Below, one piece after another: positions 53,596-62,135 of a stretch of DNA of 64,000 nt. The notes below the pieces were generated by a model. It did no database searches, had not been told where the DNA came from, and saw only the letters and a program-made list of their open reading frames with translations. The position numbers and the translations under genes were made by a program. Each line of letters starts with the position of its first letter. Position 1 is the stretch's first letter. Source of the stretch: Oscillospiraceae bacterium (lineage in GTDB: Bacteria; Bacillota; Clostridia; Oscillospirales; Ruminococcaceae); contig JAJQIF010000016.1 in NCBI GenBank assembly GCA_021199355.1, positions 10,230 through 74,229 of the forward strand. The letters run 5' to 3'.

Positions 53596-53949
53596 ATGTC
53601 AATGCCGGTGCCGGTATACAGAGGAGAGATTTATTATGCGGACTTAAGTCCCGTAATTGGCAGTGAACAAGGAGGAATCCGTCCCGTACTTATAGTTCAG
53701 AACGACGTTGGAAACCGTCATTCGCCGACGGTCATCGCCGCCGCTATCACAAGTCAACGGGAAAAGACCCACCTGCCGACGCATATCGAGATAGACTCGA
53801 ACTCATGCGGGCTCGCAAAGGATAGCATTGTTCTTTTGGAGCAGATTCGCACGATTGACAAAAAGCGCTTGAAGGAGCGCATGGGCGTTTTGGACCAGAC
53901 CTCTATGGACAAAATAAATCAGGCACTTGCCGTGAGTTTAGGAATGTAG
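53596..53949 (+). CDS. mazF: MazF/PemK-family endoribonuclease toxin
   Basis: 117 aa; RGEIYYADLSPVIGSEQGGIRPVLIVQND..., typical MazF/EndoA. Confidence 0.9.
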   Translation: MSMPVPVYRGEIYYADLSPVIGSEQGGIRPVLIVQNDVGNRHSPTVIAAAITSQREKTHLPTHIEIDSNSCGLAKDSIVLLEQIRTIDKKRLKERMGVLDQTSMDKINQALAVSLGM

Positions 53950-53978
53950 CACTTTGCGGAGCATAGCGAAGCAAAGTG
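53950..53978. terminator. Hairpin between convergent mazF and ricT (contains GCGAAGC)
   Basis: CACTTTGC...GCAAAGTG 8-bp stem. Confidence 0.5.
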
Positions 53979-53992
53979 TGTGCCCGAACGGC

Positions 53993-54853
53993 TTATTTCT
54001 CTAAATCCTTGAGCGCCTTGAGCTCTTCACGGGAGACCTTTATAACCGCATCCTTGATGACGGTCAGCTTGTCCCGCTCGAAGACGGTTGTGCCCTCGGC
54101 ACCGTCAAGCTTGACGGTAATCTTGCCGGAAATCAGGTTCGCGTCGGTGACGGTTCCTCTGCCGGAGGGAGTGTTGACGAGTGCGCCGACCTTGGGGGTA
54201 ATCTTGAGGAGCTCCTCATAGCCGTCCTGCTCGTACTTGAGACAGCACATGAGCCTTCCGCAGGCTCCCGAAATCTTTGTCGGGTTGAGGGACAAGCCCT
54301 GCTCCTTTGCCATGCGGATTGAAACCGGCTGGAACTCGCCGAGGAAGCTCGCACAGCAGAACTGCCTGCCGCAAACTCCCAAGCCGCCCATCATCTTGGC
54401 TTCGTCCCTGACGCCAATCTGCCGGAGCTCTATTCTCGTGTGGAAGACGGACGCCAGATCCTTTACGAGCTCGCGGAAGTCGACTCTGTTCTCCGCAGTG
54501 AAGTAGAAGAGGAGCTTCGAGTTGTCGAAGGTGCACTCGACGTCGACGAGGTTCATCTTGAGCCCATAGTGGGCAATCTTTCTCTCGCAGATGTCGGCGG
54601 CGTCGACCTCTTTTATCTTGTTCCGCTCAATCTGCTTGAAATCGTCCTCTGTGGCGATTCTTATGATAGTTTTGAGAGGCGGAACAATCTCACTGTCCTC
54701 GACCATTTTGTTGGCGAGCACGACGCTTCCGCACTCAACGCCCCGGGCGGTCTCGACAATTACCTTCGTCCCGACGGGAATCTCAGCCCCGTCCGGCGAG
54801 AAGTAATAGACCTTCCCGACGCTCTTAAATCTTACTCCGATTATTTCAGTCAT
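53993..54853 (-). CDS. ricT: PSP1-domain protein RicT (YaaT)
   Basis: 286 aa; VRFKSVGKVYYF start and the GVCGRQFCCASFL / CGRLMCCLKYE Cys motifs. Confidence 0.9.
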   Translation of the reverse strand: MTEIIGVRFKSVGKVYYFSPDGAEIPVGTKVIVETARGVECGSVVLANKMVEDSEIVPPLKTIIRIATEDDFKQIERNKIKEVDAADICERKIAHYGLKMNLVDVECTFDNSKLLFYFTAENRVDFRELVKDLASVFHTRIELRQIGVRDEAKMMGGLGVCGRQFCCASFLGEFQPVSIRMAKEQGLSLNPTKISGACGRLMCCLKYEQDGYEELLKITPKVGALVNTPSGRGTVTDANLISGKITVKLDGAEGTTVFERDKLTVIKDAVIKVSREELKALKDLEK

Positions 54854-54901
54854 TTCCGTTCTCCCCGTTATTTGCGACGGGGTCCTTTCTTATATATAGG
54901 T

Positions 54902-55861
54902 CTATATTCTCCCAACCAACTTCCCGCACAAATCCGCCATGGTGAGCCCGACGCTTGCATTGCCCTTAAGCTTTTGCAAAGCCTCGAGCGCCCTGTCGTA
55001 CATAGTCATGAGCGCTTTGCCGCTTATCGTTTCGCTCAGCTTCCGGGCTTCGTTCGCATAGAAGCTTACGTCCTCGTAGCCCTGCTTGCGCTTTATCGCT
55101 TCGGAGAGGACTTTTGAGAGCTCGGTTGCAAGTTCCGTTGCCGTTGCACGGTCGGCTTCGTTCAGGATTTTCAGGAGTGCGTATTCGTCCGATTTGACGA
55201 GTGCCTCCGACGCCGATTTTACTCTTAAATAGAGCTCGTCGCTCCCGCCGTTCAGGTATTCAATGCACGCTCCGATGTTGCCGCCAAGGAGCCCATAAGC
55301 CCGCTCGGCGTCTTCTTTCGAAATCTTTCTCTCCGAAAGAGCCGCAATCGTGTCTTCTCTAGAAGCTTCCGGCACATTAATCACAATCGCCCTCGAGCGG
55401 ACCGTCGGCAGGACGTTCTCCCGCTTCTCGGCGGTCATAATGATGATGACGTGGTCGGGCGGCTCCTCGAAAATTTTGAGAAGCGTATTCTGCGCCGCGG
55501 GGAGAGCCTTGTCGATGTCCGGCAGGATATAAATCTTGTAACCGCCCTCGTTCGAAGCGATATATGCGTCGCTTATGAGGGGTCTGAGGTCGTCGGCGCG
55601 ATAGTTGCCCGACTTTCCGCTCGCCGAAACGGTTATCACGTCCGGGTGTGCGTCGTTCAGAATCGTCCGGCAATCTTTGCACTTCCCGCAGGGGACTTCT
55701 CCGTGACTTCTGCAAAGAATCTCGAGCGCCATATATTTCGCCGCCGTCTTCTTGCCGACGCCCTTGTCTCCTACGAGAAGGAACGAATGGCAGAGGCGGT
55801 CGCGCTGTCTCATAGAGAGGACGAGCCCCGAGATGTTGTCTTTCGAATAAAGCTTAAGCAT
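54902..55861 (-). CDS. holB: DNA polymerase III subunit delta'
   Basis: HSFLLVGDKGVGKKT P-loop-like motif, CGKCKDC zinc module. Confidence 0.85.
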   Translation of the reverse strand: MLKLYSKDNISGLVLSMRQRDRLCHSFLLVGDKGVGKKTAAKYMALEILCRSHGEVPCGKCKDCRTILNDAHPDVITVSASGKSGNYRADDLRPLISDAYIASNEGGYKIYILPDIDKALPAAQNTLLKIFEEPPDHVIIIMTAEKRENVLPTVRSRAIVINVPEASREDTIAALSERKISKEDAERAYGLLGGNIGACIEYLNGGSDELYLRVKSASEALVKSDEYALLKILNEADRATATELATELSKVLSEAIKRKQGYEDVSFYANEARKLSETISGKALMTMYDRALEALQKLKGNASVGLTMADLCGKLVGRI

Positions 55862-56178
55862 CAGAACTTCTCGAACCGGTCGACGTCGGTGACGAAGATT
55901 GTCGCACCGCCGATTGTGACCTCGAGCGGCTTTGCGGCGAAGTTGCCCCTGACAGCCGTCATCGGGACGCTCTGCTTGCGCTTGCGGCAGTTGTGCTTGA
56001 TTATTTCGATGCAGTCCTCAAGCTTTCCATCGTCGACGCAGATTAAAAGCGTCGAGTTCCCCGAACGCAGGAAGCCGCCGGTGGATGAGAGCCTTGTAGA
56101 CTGAAATCCGGCAGTGTTCAAGGCGTCCGAAACGCCTCTGAAATCGTCATCGTTTATAACAGCAAAAATCAGTTTCAT
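55861..56178 (-). CDS. darA: PII-like cyclic-di-AMP receptor DarA (YaaQ)
   Basis: 105 aa; MKLIFAVINDDD...STGGFLR..NSTLL pattern. ATGA overlap with holB. Confidence 0.8.
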   Translation of the reverse strand: MKLIFAVINDDDFRGVSDALNTAGFQSTRLSSTGGFLRSGNSTLLICVDDGKLEDCIEIIKHNCRKRKQSVPMTAVRGNFAAKPLEVTIGGATIFVTDVDRFEKF

Positions 56179-56213
56179 GTAATCAGGCTCCTTAGGGTAC
56201 TATTAATAGTTCT

Positions 56214-56242
56214 ATTATAACACAGCGCTTGAAAAAATGCAA
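56214..56242 (-). promoter_or_regulatory. Sigma-A promoter of darA-holB-ricT (TTGCAT-17-TATAAT)
   Basis: Minus-strand hexamers with a TGT extended -10. Confidence 0.6.
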
Positions 56243-56272
56243 CGATTCGCCCGGGTTTTTAAAATATCACGC

Positions 56273-56479
56273 TCAAAGATATTTCCGCATGGCGATGATG
56301 TCCTCCAAAATCTCGAACCTTTCGACATCCGCGGCGTAGATTCGCCTTTGCAAGGATTTCCGTTCGTTCACGTCTCTTTCAATCTCGAGCTGAGCCTTGA
56401 GCTTTTCAAGATGCTCCCCGAGCCGAACCGCTTCTTTTTCATAACTCTCAATCAATTCTTTCAAATATTCTACCTCCAT
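56273..56479 (-). CDS. Small coiled-coil protein, hypothetical; candidate SOS-regulated gene
   Basis: 68-aa ORF. An alternative TTG start at 56464 sits 8 nt after GGAGG. Tandem LexA boxes lie immediately upstream. Confidence 0.45.
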   Translation of the reverse strand: MEVEYLKELIESYEKEAVRLGEHLEKLKAQLEIERDVNERKSLQRRIYAADVERFEILEDIIAMRKYL

Positions 56480-56487
56480 TAATCTTA

Positions 56488-56511
56488 GAACTTCTGTTCG
56501 AACTTTTGTTC
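56488..56511. promoter_or_regulatory. Two abutting LexA (Cheo-type) boxes, GAACTTCTGTTC GAACTTTTGTTC
   Basis: Both fit GAAC-N4-GTTC. They lie just downstream of a minus-strand TTGACA-16-TATCAT promoter (56549-56522). Confidence 0.6.
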
Positions 56512-56603
56512 TTCAATTTCAATGATAGCAGAAAATTTGTTTTTGTCAAACGAAGTTAGGGTAAATCTTCGGACTGATTGCAAAAATTTTTTCGAAGTTG
56601 GGA

Positions 56604-56632
56604 TTGAAATTAGCTTCAAGGCGTGATATACT
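56604..56632 (+). promoter_or_regulatory. Sigma-A promoter of the DUF896-WYL operon (TTGAAA-17-TATACT with TGn)
   Basis: Hexamers 31 nt upstream of the DUF896 ATG. Confidence 0.6.
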
Positions 56633-56662
56633 TTTTCTATTGCTGATAACGGAGCTGAAATT

Positions 56663-56833
56663 ATGGAACAGAAAAAGATAGACAGAATCAACGCGCTTGC
56701 AAGGAAATCCCGCACAGATGGGCTTTCGGACGAAGAAAAAGAGGAGCAACAGGCTCTTCGTGACGAATACAGAGCGGCAATGAGAGCGAGTCTCAAGGCA
56801 ACGCTTGACAATATAGAAATCAAAGAAGGCTGA
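56663..56833 (+). CDS. ynzC: DUF896/UPF0291 protein (YnzC-like), 56 aa
   Basis: Below the ORF-track size cut-off. GGAG SD. MEQKKIDRINALARKSRTDGLSDEEKEEQQALRDEYRAAMRASLKATLDNIEIKEG follows the YnzC pattern (INELA..K...T.EE..EQ..LR.EY....R.S...TL). Confidence 0.8.
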   Translation: MEQKKIDRINALARKSRTDGLSDEEKEEQQALRDEYRAAMRASLKATLDNIEIKEG

Positions 56834-56837
56834 CATT

Positions 56838-57830
56838 ATGTTTGAACCGAGACCGAAAATCAAGCTTCTGGTGCTCCAGAAGATTCTTTTTGAAAACACC
56901 GACCCCGAACACCCGATATCCGGAAACGATATTATCCGCCTCCTCGGGGAATACGGCATCAACGTCGAGCGGAAATCCGTCTATGACGACATCGACACCC
57001 TCATCCAGTCGGGGATGGACATCGTGACCGAGCGGAGAGGGCATGCAAACTACTATTATGTCGGCTCGCGGACCTTCCAGGACGAGGAGCTGATGATCTT
57101 AGTCAACACCGTCGCGTCGTCGAAATTCCTGACGAAAAAGAAGTCGGACGAGCTCATCCAGAAGCTCAAGACGCTTACGAGCAAGTATCAGGCGCAGTCG
57201 CTCTCGAGAACAATCTATGTAGACGGGCGGTCTAAGTCGAACAACGAGCGTATATACTACTCTATAAACGCGATTCACGAGGCTATTGTCACGAACAGGC
57301 AGATTACCTTCCACTACACCGAGTACGACCTGAGCCTCAAGAAGAAGTATCGCCGTGGCGGACAGCTCTATACTGTCTCACCGATTTACCTGATTTCCGA
57401 CAGCGACTATTACTATCTCACCGCCTACAACCCCGGTCACGACGACATCTCGAACTTCAGAATCGACCGCATGACGGACGTCGCCATTTCCGAAGAGCCG
57501 AGAGTTGAACTGAGCCCCGAATTGCAGGAAAAGGCGAAGGAATGCCGCACCACCTTCGGGGCGTTCGTCCGTGAGACCTCGACCGTCACCCTTCGGATGA
57601 CCAATAAGCCCTATGTTATCGGCGTTCTCGTCGACAAATACGGCTCGAATCTCCACCCGACCCGCATTTCCGAGGACAAATTCACCGTCCGCATCGAAGC
57701 CCAGATAAGCCCCGCCTTCTACGCCTGGCTCTTCTCGTTCGGAGAAGACGCAGAGGTTATGGAACCGGAATGGGTTCGCAATGAGGCGAAAGAGCAACTG
57801 GAGAAGATGGCGGCGGTGTATAAGGGATAA
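56838..57830 (+). CDS. HTH plus WYL-domain transcriptional regulator
   Basis: 330 aa. N-terminal wHTH (ISGNDIIRLLGEYGINVERKSVYDDI), central WYL-like region (YYYLTAYN). 4 nt after the DUF896 stop. Confidence 0.7.
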   Translation: MFEPRPKIKLLVLQKILFENTDPEHPISGNDIIRLLGEYGINVERKSVYDDIDTLIQSGMDIVTERRGHANYYYVGSRTFQDEELMILVNTVASSKFLTKKKSDELIQKLKTLTSKYQAQSLSRTIYVDGRSKSNNERIYYSINAIHEAIVTNRQITFHYTEYDLSLKKKYRRGGQLYTVSPIYLISDSDYYYLTAYNPGHDDISNFRIDRMTDVAISEEPRVELSPELQEKAKECRTTFGAFVRETSTVTLRMTNKPYVIGVLVDKYGSNLHPTRISEDKFTVRIEAQISPAFYAWLFSFGEDAEVMEPEWVRNEAKEQLEKMAAVYKG

Positions 57831-57888
57831 CCCCTCCACCACCGACTTCGTCGGCGGTCCCCCTCCCTTTCAGGGGAGGCTTAAGTGC
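57825..57888. repeat. Two-hairpin intergenic repeat, copy 2 (inverted; overlaps the last codon and stop of the WYL gene)
   Basis: GGATAACCCCTCCACCACCGACTTCGTCGGCGGTCCCCCTCCCTTTCAGGGGAGGCTTAAGTG. Confidence 0.85.
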
Positions 57889-57920
57889 TCCTGACTACAG
57901 ATACTAATTCGGAGGTTTCC

Positions 57921-58400
57921 ATGTTTTCCTGGCTAACATCAACACATATCGGCAAGCTGATTGCCACGTTTTTAATCTCCATGCTCCCGATTGTCGAGCT
58001 GAGGGGAGGCATCCCCTATGGCGTCGGGTTCGGGCTTAAGCCCTATGAGGCTTTTATCGCCGCGGTCCTCGGGAATATGCTCCCGATTCCGTTTATTCTC
58101 CTTCTCCTTGACAGGATTCTCAAGTGGATGAAGAAGCAGCCCAACTTTCTCGGCAAAGCCGCCAACTGGCTCGAGAAAAAAGCCTACAGCAAGCAAGGCA
58201 CTATCGAGCGCTTCAAAGCCCTCGGGCTGTTTATCTTAGTTGCCATCCCCCTCCCCGGCACCGGCGCCTGGACCGGCTCGCTCGTCGCCGTCGTCCTCGG
58301 CATCGACAAAAAGAAAGCCTTCCCGATTATCTTTGTGGGCGTCATCACAGCAGGCGTGATTATGCTACTCGTGTCGTATGGAGTTAAGGCGATTTTCTGA
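57921..58400 (+). CDS. COG2426-type small membrane protein (putative small multidrug export protein)
   Basis: ATG 57921 after GGAGG; MLPIVELRGGIPYG and PLPGTGAWTG motifs. Confidence 0.7.
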   Translation: MFSWLTSTHIGKLIATFLISMLPIVELRGGIPYGVGFGLKPYEAFIAAVLGNMLPIPFILLLLDRILKWMKKQPNFLGKAANWLEKKAYSKQGTIERFKALGLFILVAIPLPGTGAWTGSLVAVVLGIDKKKAFPIIFVGVITAGVIMLLVSYGVKAIF

Positions 58401-58462
58401 AAAAATAGGTTGAATTTCTCCTATTCATGGTGTATAATAGTATCAGAAAGGAGTGCGTCAGC

Positions 58463-58705
58463 ATGAATGTCAATACAAGTAACCTCGTGTCCATCACCGA
58501 AGCAAATCAGAACTTTTCGAGAGTCGCCCGCATGGTGGACGAAAACGGCGCAGTCGTCATTCTCAAAAACAATACTCCCCGTTACCTGCTCATAGAGTTC
58601 GGCACCGCCGAAGGCGAACAGCTTGCCAGAGACGAAGACGTCTCTGCCATCTCCAAAAGACTGATAGCAAAGAATAAGCAGGCATATGAGGAGTTGGCGA
58701 AATGA
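58463..58705 (+). CDS. phd: Type II antitoxin, Phd/YefM family
   Basis: ATG 58463 after AAAGGAG; VSITEANQNFSRVARMVDENGAVVILKNN. 4-nt overlap with doc. Confidence 0.8.
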   Translation: MNVNTSNLVSITEANQNFSRVARMVDENGAVVILKNNTPRYLLIEFGTAEGEQLARDEDVSAISKRLIAKNKQAYEELAK

Positions 58706-59079
58706 TTCGGCTCAGCAAAGCACAGATAATCAGTCTGCACCAAGACCTTATCGAAGCCACCGGCGGAAGTGACGGAATCCTGAATGAGGATCTCCTCGAG
58801 TCGGCGATCAACGCCCCATTTCAGAGCTTCGGCGATACGGAGGCTTATCCCTCAATTCAGCAGAAAGCCGCAAGGCTCGGCTATGGTCTTGTCAAAAACC
58901 ATGCCTTTGCGGACGGCAACAAGCGCATCGGTGCCCACGCGATGCTCGTCTTTCTTGCCCTGAATGGCATCGAACTCGAATATACCCAAGAGGAACTTTC
59001 GGACATCTTCCTGAACCTCGCCGCCGACAACTCCGACTTTGACGACCTGCTCGATTGGGTAATCTCCCATCAAATATGA
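58702..59079 (+). CDS. doc: Type II toxin Doc (Fic-fold kinase)
   Basis: Fic motif HAFADGNKRIGAH. Confidence 0.9.
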   Translation: MIRLSKAQIISLHQDLIEATGGSDGILNEDLLESAINAPFQSFGDTEAYPSIQQKAARLGYGLVKNHAFADGNKRIGAHAMLVFLALNGIELEYTQEELSDIFLNLAADNSDFDDLLDWVISHQI

Positions 59080-59134
59080 TTTCAGCCCCACCGAATCCCG
59101 GCAGGGCTGAATTTTTATGCTTTTTTCTTTTCCG

Positions 59135-59644
59135 TCAGGATATTTCCGCTAACTTTGCTTCTCTTTCGGCGATGGTGAGGACTTCTGCGTCTGCCCGGGC
59201 GTCGCTTTGCACGTCCTCTATCGGCACGATTTCTTCCCGCAAGCCGTCGAGGGCGGTTTCGCCGTCCGGCTGAACTATGGCGAAGTCGAAGCCGCCGCTG
59301 TAGATGATGGTGCTGTCCTTATACTCGTAAAACGGCGACTGCTTGTAGGTCGAGTAAACTGTCGGCTCGTAGGTTGTAAGGTCAATCACCATCCAACCGA
59401 CGCTTTTGCCGCTGTCGTAAGAAAACTCCACGCAGGTATAGGTCTCGTTTCCCGAGACATCGGTGAGATGATAGGCATCCGTCGGCATGACCTCCAAGCC
59501 GTTGTTCTCGAAGATTACCGCCTGAGCATAGGCAGAGTCGACCGCAAGCAAATCTTCGTCCGAAACACCGGCAGAGAACACCGCCACCGCCGAGACGGCT
59601 AAAAGTACCACCACAGCCACAAGTAAACCGATAAATCTTTTCAT
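59135..59644 (-). CDS. Secreted hypothetical protein
   Basis: 169 aa, N-terminal signal peptide. Last gene of the ECF sigma operon. Confidence 0.55.
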   Translation of the reverse strand: MKRFIGLLVAVVVLLAVSAVAVFSAGVSDEDLLAVDSAYAQAVIFENNGLEVMPTDAYHLTDVSGNETYTCVEFSYDSGKSVGWMVIDLTTYEPTVYSTYKQSPFYEYKDSTIIYSGGFDFAIVQPDGETALDGLREEIVPIEDVQSDARADAEVLTIAEREAKLAEIS

Positions 59645-59670
59645 GCTGATTTCTCCTTTCTCTTTTCCAA

Positions 59671-60921
59671 TTAGTTAAAGCTCCCGTCCCAGACGGTCAG
59701 GTCGGAGATGTATTCCTCTGAGATTGCAGGGACGTAGTAGGCGGCGTAGGTGGTCAAGCCACTATTGTAGAAGCTGTCGCCATAGCCGGGGTCGATTTCG
59801 ACATAGAAGCGGTAATACGGGATAAAGTTCTCCTCATAGGCTCCGGTGCGATAGATGAGCTCAACCTTGCCTATATACTCCGTTCCCGGGAACTCAACCG
59901 GCGCCGATGTGAGATACTTTCCCTCCGTCAACATTTCGGTCGCCTCATCCGCAGTGATGATGGGATAGTCGCCGATTTTGTCCGACAGGTCAACATTGAA
60001 GAAGCTAATCTTCCACAAATAGCCGTCACTGTCGCAGCTGAAGCGGATTTTTTTAAAGTTATAACTGAGAATGTTCTCGGTGTCGTCGCCTGTAGTCTCA
60101 TAGAATGAGATGCTGAACGACTGCTCGCCCTCAGTGTCATAGTCGCCGCCATCTATGCTGATGCTCGGATTCTCCATGCAGATAAGCTCCGAATATTCTT
60201 CAAGGAAATTCTCTGCGAGTGCATAGGGGTCATCCTCAATCTCATCGGGAAGCGAAACAGGGTTTTTGAATGTAACCATCACAGTCAGATAGGTGTTGAC
60301 TTCTATATCATAGTCGTCCGTTTCGCACATATAACGAGTGGCATCGAAGTAGCTATCGGGAATGTCATAGCCGGATCCCTCGTAACTCTTGATAACGCTC
60401 TGCTTGCGCTCCTCGCTGTAGGCATCGTCGGTTATTTCAAGAGTTTCCGTGTCGAGCCCAAGACGTCCCGCAACGTCATAGAGAAGCTCCGACATTCTGT
60501 CGTAATCCACACCGCTCAAAGGCACATAATAATCGTCATACGAAATGACATTCTGATAAACCGGAAGGGTCGAAAGCTCCATGTCCTCGTTCCACGGATT
60601 CCCGCTCACGAGGTCAGAGATGTCGTAAACCCAATAGCCCTCAAAACCCATTCCACTGTCGCCAAGCGAAATCGTCAGCATCGGCAGGTCGACAGAATTG
60701 ACCGTATCGTCGCCATAATCAATAACTTCAAACCTGCTATCATCCCAATTCACCCAGACCGTCGCCGCTACAACAAGGCACAGCGCCGCCGCGAGGGCGA
60801 GATATCTCACATAAACAGGTTTCTTTTTCGGCGCCGCTTCCGGCTTATAGCCGAGCATTTCGGTCACATACTTCGGGTCGAGTTCACCCATCGCTTCGGA
60901 AAAAAGCTCACTCGTAATCAT
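59671..60921 (-). CDS. Putative anti-sigma factor, single-pass membrane protein with a large extracytoplasmic domain
   Basis: ATG 60921 overlaps the sigma stop (ATGA). TM helix YLALAAALCLVVAATVWV about 50 aa in. Confidence 0.55.
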   Translation of the reverse strand: MITSELFSEAMGELDPKYVTEMLGYKPEAAPKKKPVYVRYLALAAALCLVVAATVWVNWDDSRFEVIDYGDDTVNSVDLPMLTISLGDSGMGFEGYWVYDISDLVSGNPWNEDMELSTLPVYQNVISYDDYYVPLSGVDYDRMSELLYDVAGRLGLDTETLEITDDAYSEERKQSVIKSYEGSGYDIPDSYFDATRYMCETDDYDIEVNTYLTVMVTFKNPVSLPDEIEDDPYALAENFLEEYSELICMENPSISIDGGDYDTEGEQSFSISFYETTGDDTENILSYNFKKIRFSCDSDGYLWKISFFNVDLSDKIGDYPIITADEATEMLTEGKYLTSAPVEFPGTEYIGKVELIYRTGAYEENFIPYYRFYVEIDPGYGDSFYNSGLTTYAAYYVPAISEEYISDLTVWDGSFN

Positions 60922-61475
60922 TCCATCACACCCCTTTCTTTCAGGTATTCTTTCAGGCTCTTTCTGAGACGCACCAGCCGCACCGAGACGTTTTTCTTGG
61001 AGAGCCCAACCGCTTCGGCGATTTCGTCGTAGCTCTCGGATAACCAATATCTGCGCATAAAAATAGCTCGGTTCTCGGCTGAGAGCGTATCGAGGAAGCT
61101 CTCGATAATTTTCGCCAGCTCCTTTGCCTCGAGGTCGCCCTCAACACTGCCGCCGCTCGCAAGGCAACCCTCAATCTCCTCCATCGCAACCGTGTAGGAG
61201 CTCCGCCGCTTGGCGGCTTCCTTTTTGCGGTAGGCGTTGATTGAGATGTTGCGGACGATTTTGATGACGAACGACAGAAGCGGCTCCGGTCTCGCCGGTG
61301 GGATGGAGTTCCAGACGCCTAAGTAAGCATCATTGACGCACTCCTCCGCATCCTGCCTGCTCCCGAGGATGTTCCGGGAAAATCCCCGGCAAATCTCGCC
61401 GTACTTCAAATCGAGCTCCCGTATCGCCGTCTCCGACCGGTCAAAAAACAGGTCGATAATCATGCTGTCTTCCAT
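60918..61475 (-). CDS. ECF-type sigma-70 family RNA polymerase sigma factor
   Basis: 185 aa. Region 2 (DAEECVNDAYLGVW) and region 4 HTH (SYDEIAEAVGLSKKNVSVRLVR). AGGAGG SD. Confidence 0.85.
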   Translation of the reverse strand: MEDSMIIDLFFDRSETAIRELDLKYGEICRGFSRNILGSRQDAEECVNDAYLGVWNSIPPARPEPLLSFVIKIVRNISINAYRKKEAAKRRSSYTVAMEEIEGCLASGGSVEGDLEAKELAKIIESFLDTLSAENRAIFMRRYWLSESYDEIAEAVGLSKKNVSVRLVRLRKSLKEYLKERGVME

Positions 61476-61557
61476 ATTTTCTCCTCCTTTTTGGGGCTTT
61501 AACTGTATACTACGGTTTTGTGGAAGAAAACTACAAACCCCATAAAAAACGGGCGGG

Positions 61558-61611
61558 CAGTTAGCGAAGCTAACTGTATATCCAGCCCCTACATGGTCGG
61601 TTACGCCGACC
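61558..61611. repeat. Hairpin pair downstream of the GNAT gene (CAGTTAGC-GAA-GCTAACTG; GGTCGG..CCGACC)
   Basis: Same GCGAAGC-centred hairpin type as at 49693, 53966 and 17454 (reverse complement). Confidence 0.6.
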
Positions 61612-62135
61612 TATCCCCAATAAAACCACACATCCGCCTTCCCCGCTTGCTTCGTGCCCTCGTAGATTTCGGTGTCGAGACCGCCGATGCGGAAGCCGGT
61701 GGAGAGGTAGAGGCGGCAGGCGATGAGATTGTTGTCCTGACCGACGGTGCAGATGCCTTTGTAGCCATGTTCGGTGGCATAAGCTTTGCAAGCCTCGACA
61801 AGAAGTCTGCCGACGCCTTTGCCCCGGGCTTTACGGGAGACCTTCAGGTCCTCGAGATAGAGCCGCCCGGTGAAGTGCGGGCAAAGAATCGCCACGCCGA
61901 CGCAAACATCATTCTCATAAGCACCGAGAAAGACGTAATCTGGCATCTCCTCGTAAACATAGTTCTCGTCGGGGAAGACCATTTCGGAGGCTTCCGCCTC
62001 GGGGAGCATCTCCTCCCGATATCTCCATTCACCGTCACGGCGTTCGACAACGAGACGTCCAATCAACCTGAACGGGTCGTTTTTGAGATTGATGTCCGCC
62101 TTGTTTTCGGCGGTTATTTTGCGGATTTCAATCAT
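61611..62135 (-). CDS. GNAT family N-acetyltransferase (streptothricin acetyltransferase SatA-like)
   Basis: 174 aa; RGKGVGRLLV acetyl-CoA loop, C-terminal YLSTGFRIGGLDTEIY.. resembles Sat/YyaR-type enzymes. Confidence 0.6.
   Translation of the reverse strand: MIEIRKITAENKADINLKNDPFRLIGRLVVERRDGEWRYREEMLPEAEASEMVFPDENYVYEEMPDYVFLGAYENDVCVGVAILCPHFTGRLYLEDLKVSRKARGKGVGRLLVEACKAYATEHGYKGICTVGQDNNLIACRLYLSTGFRIGGLDTEIYEGTKQAGKADVWFYWG

Noticed and set aside
56485-56962. 112-aa and 138-aa minus-strand ORFs covering the LexA-box and DUF896 region.
   Set aside because: They overlap a well-matched DUF896 gene with an SD and promoter on the other strand, and they span regulatory DNA. Their composition is low-complexity.
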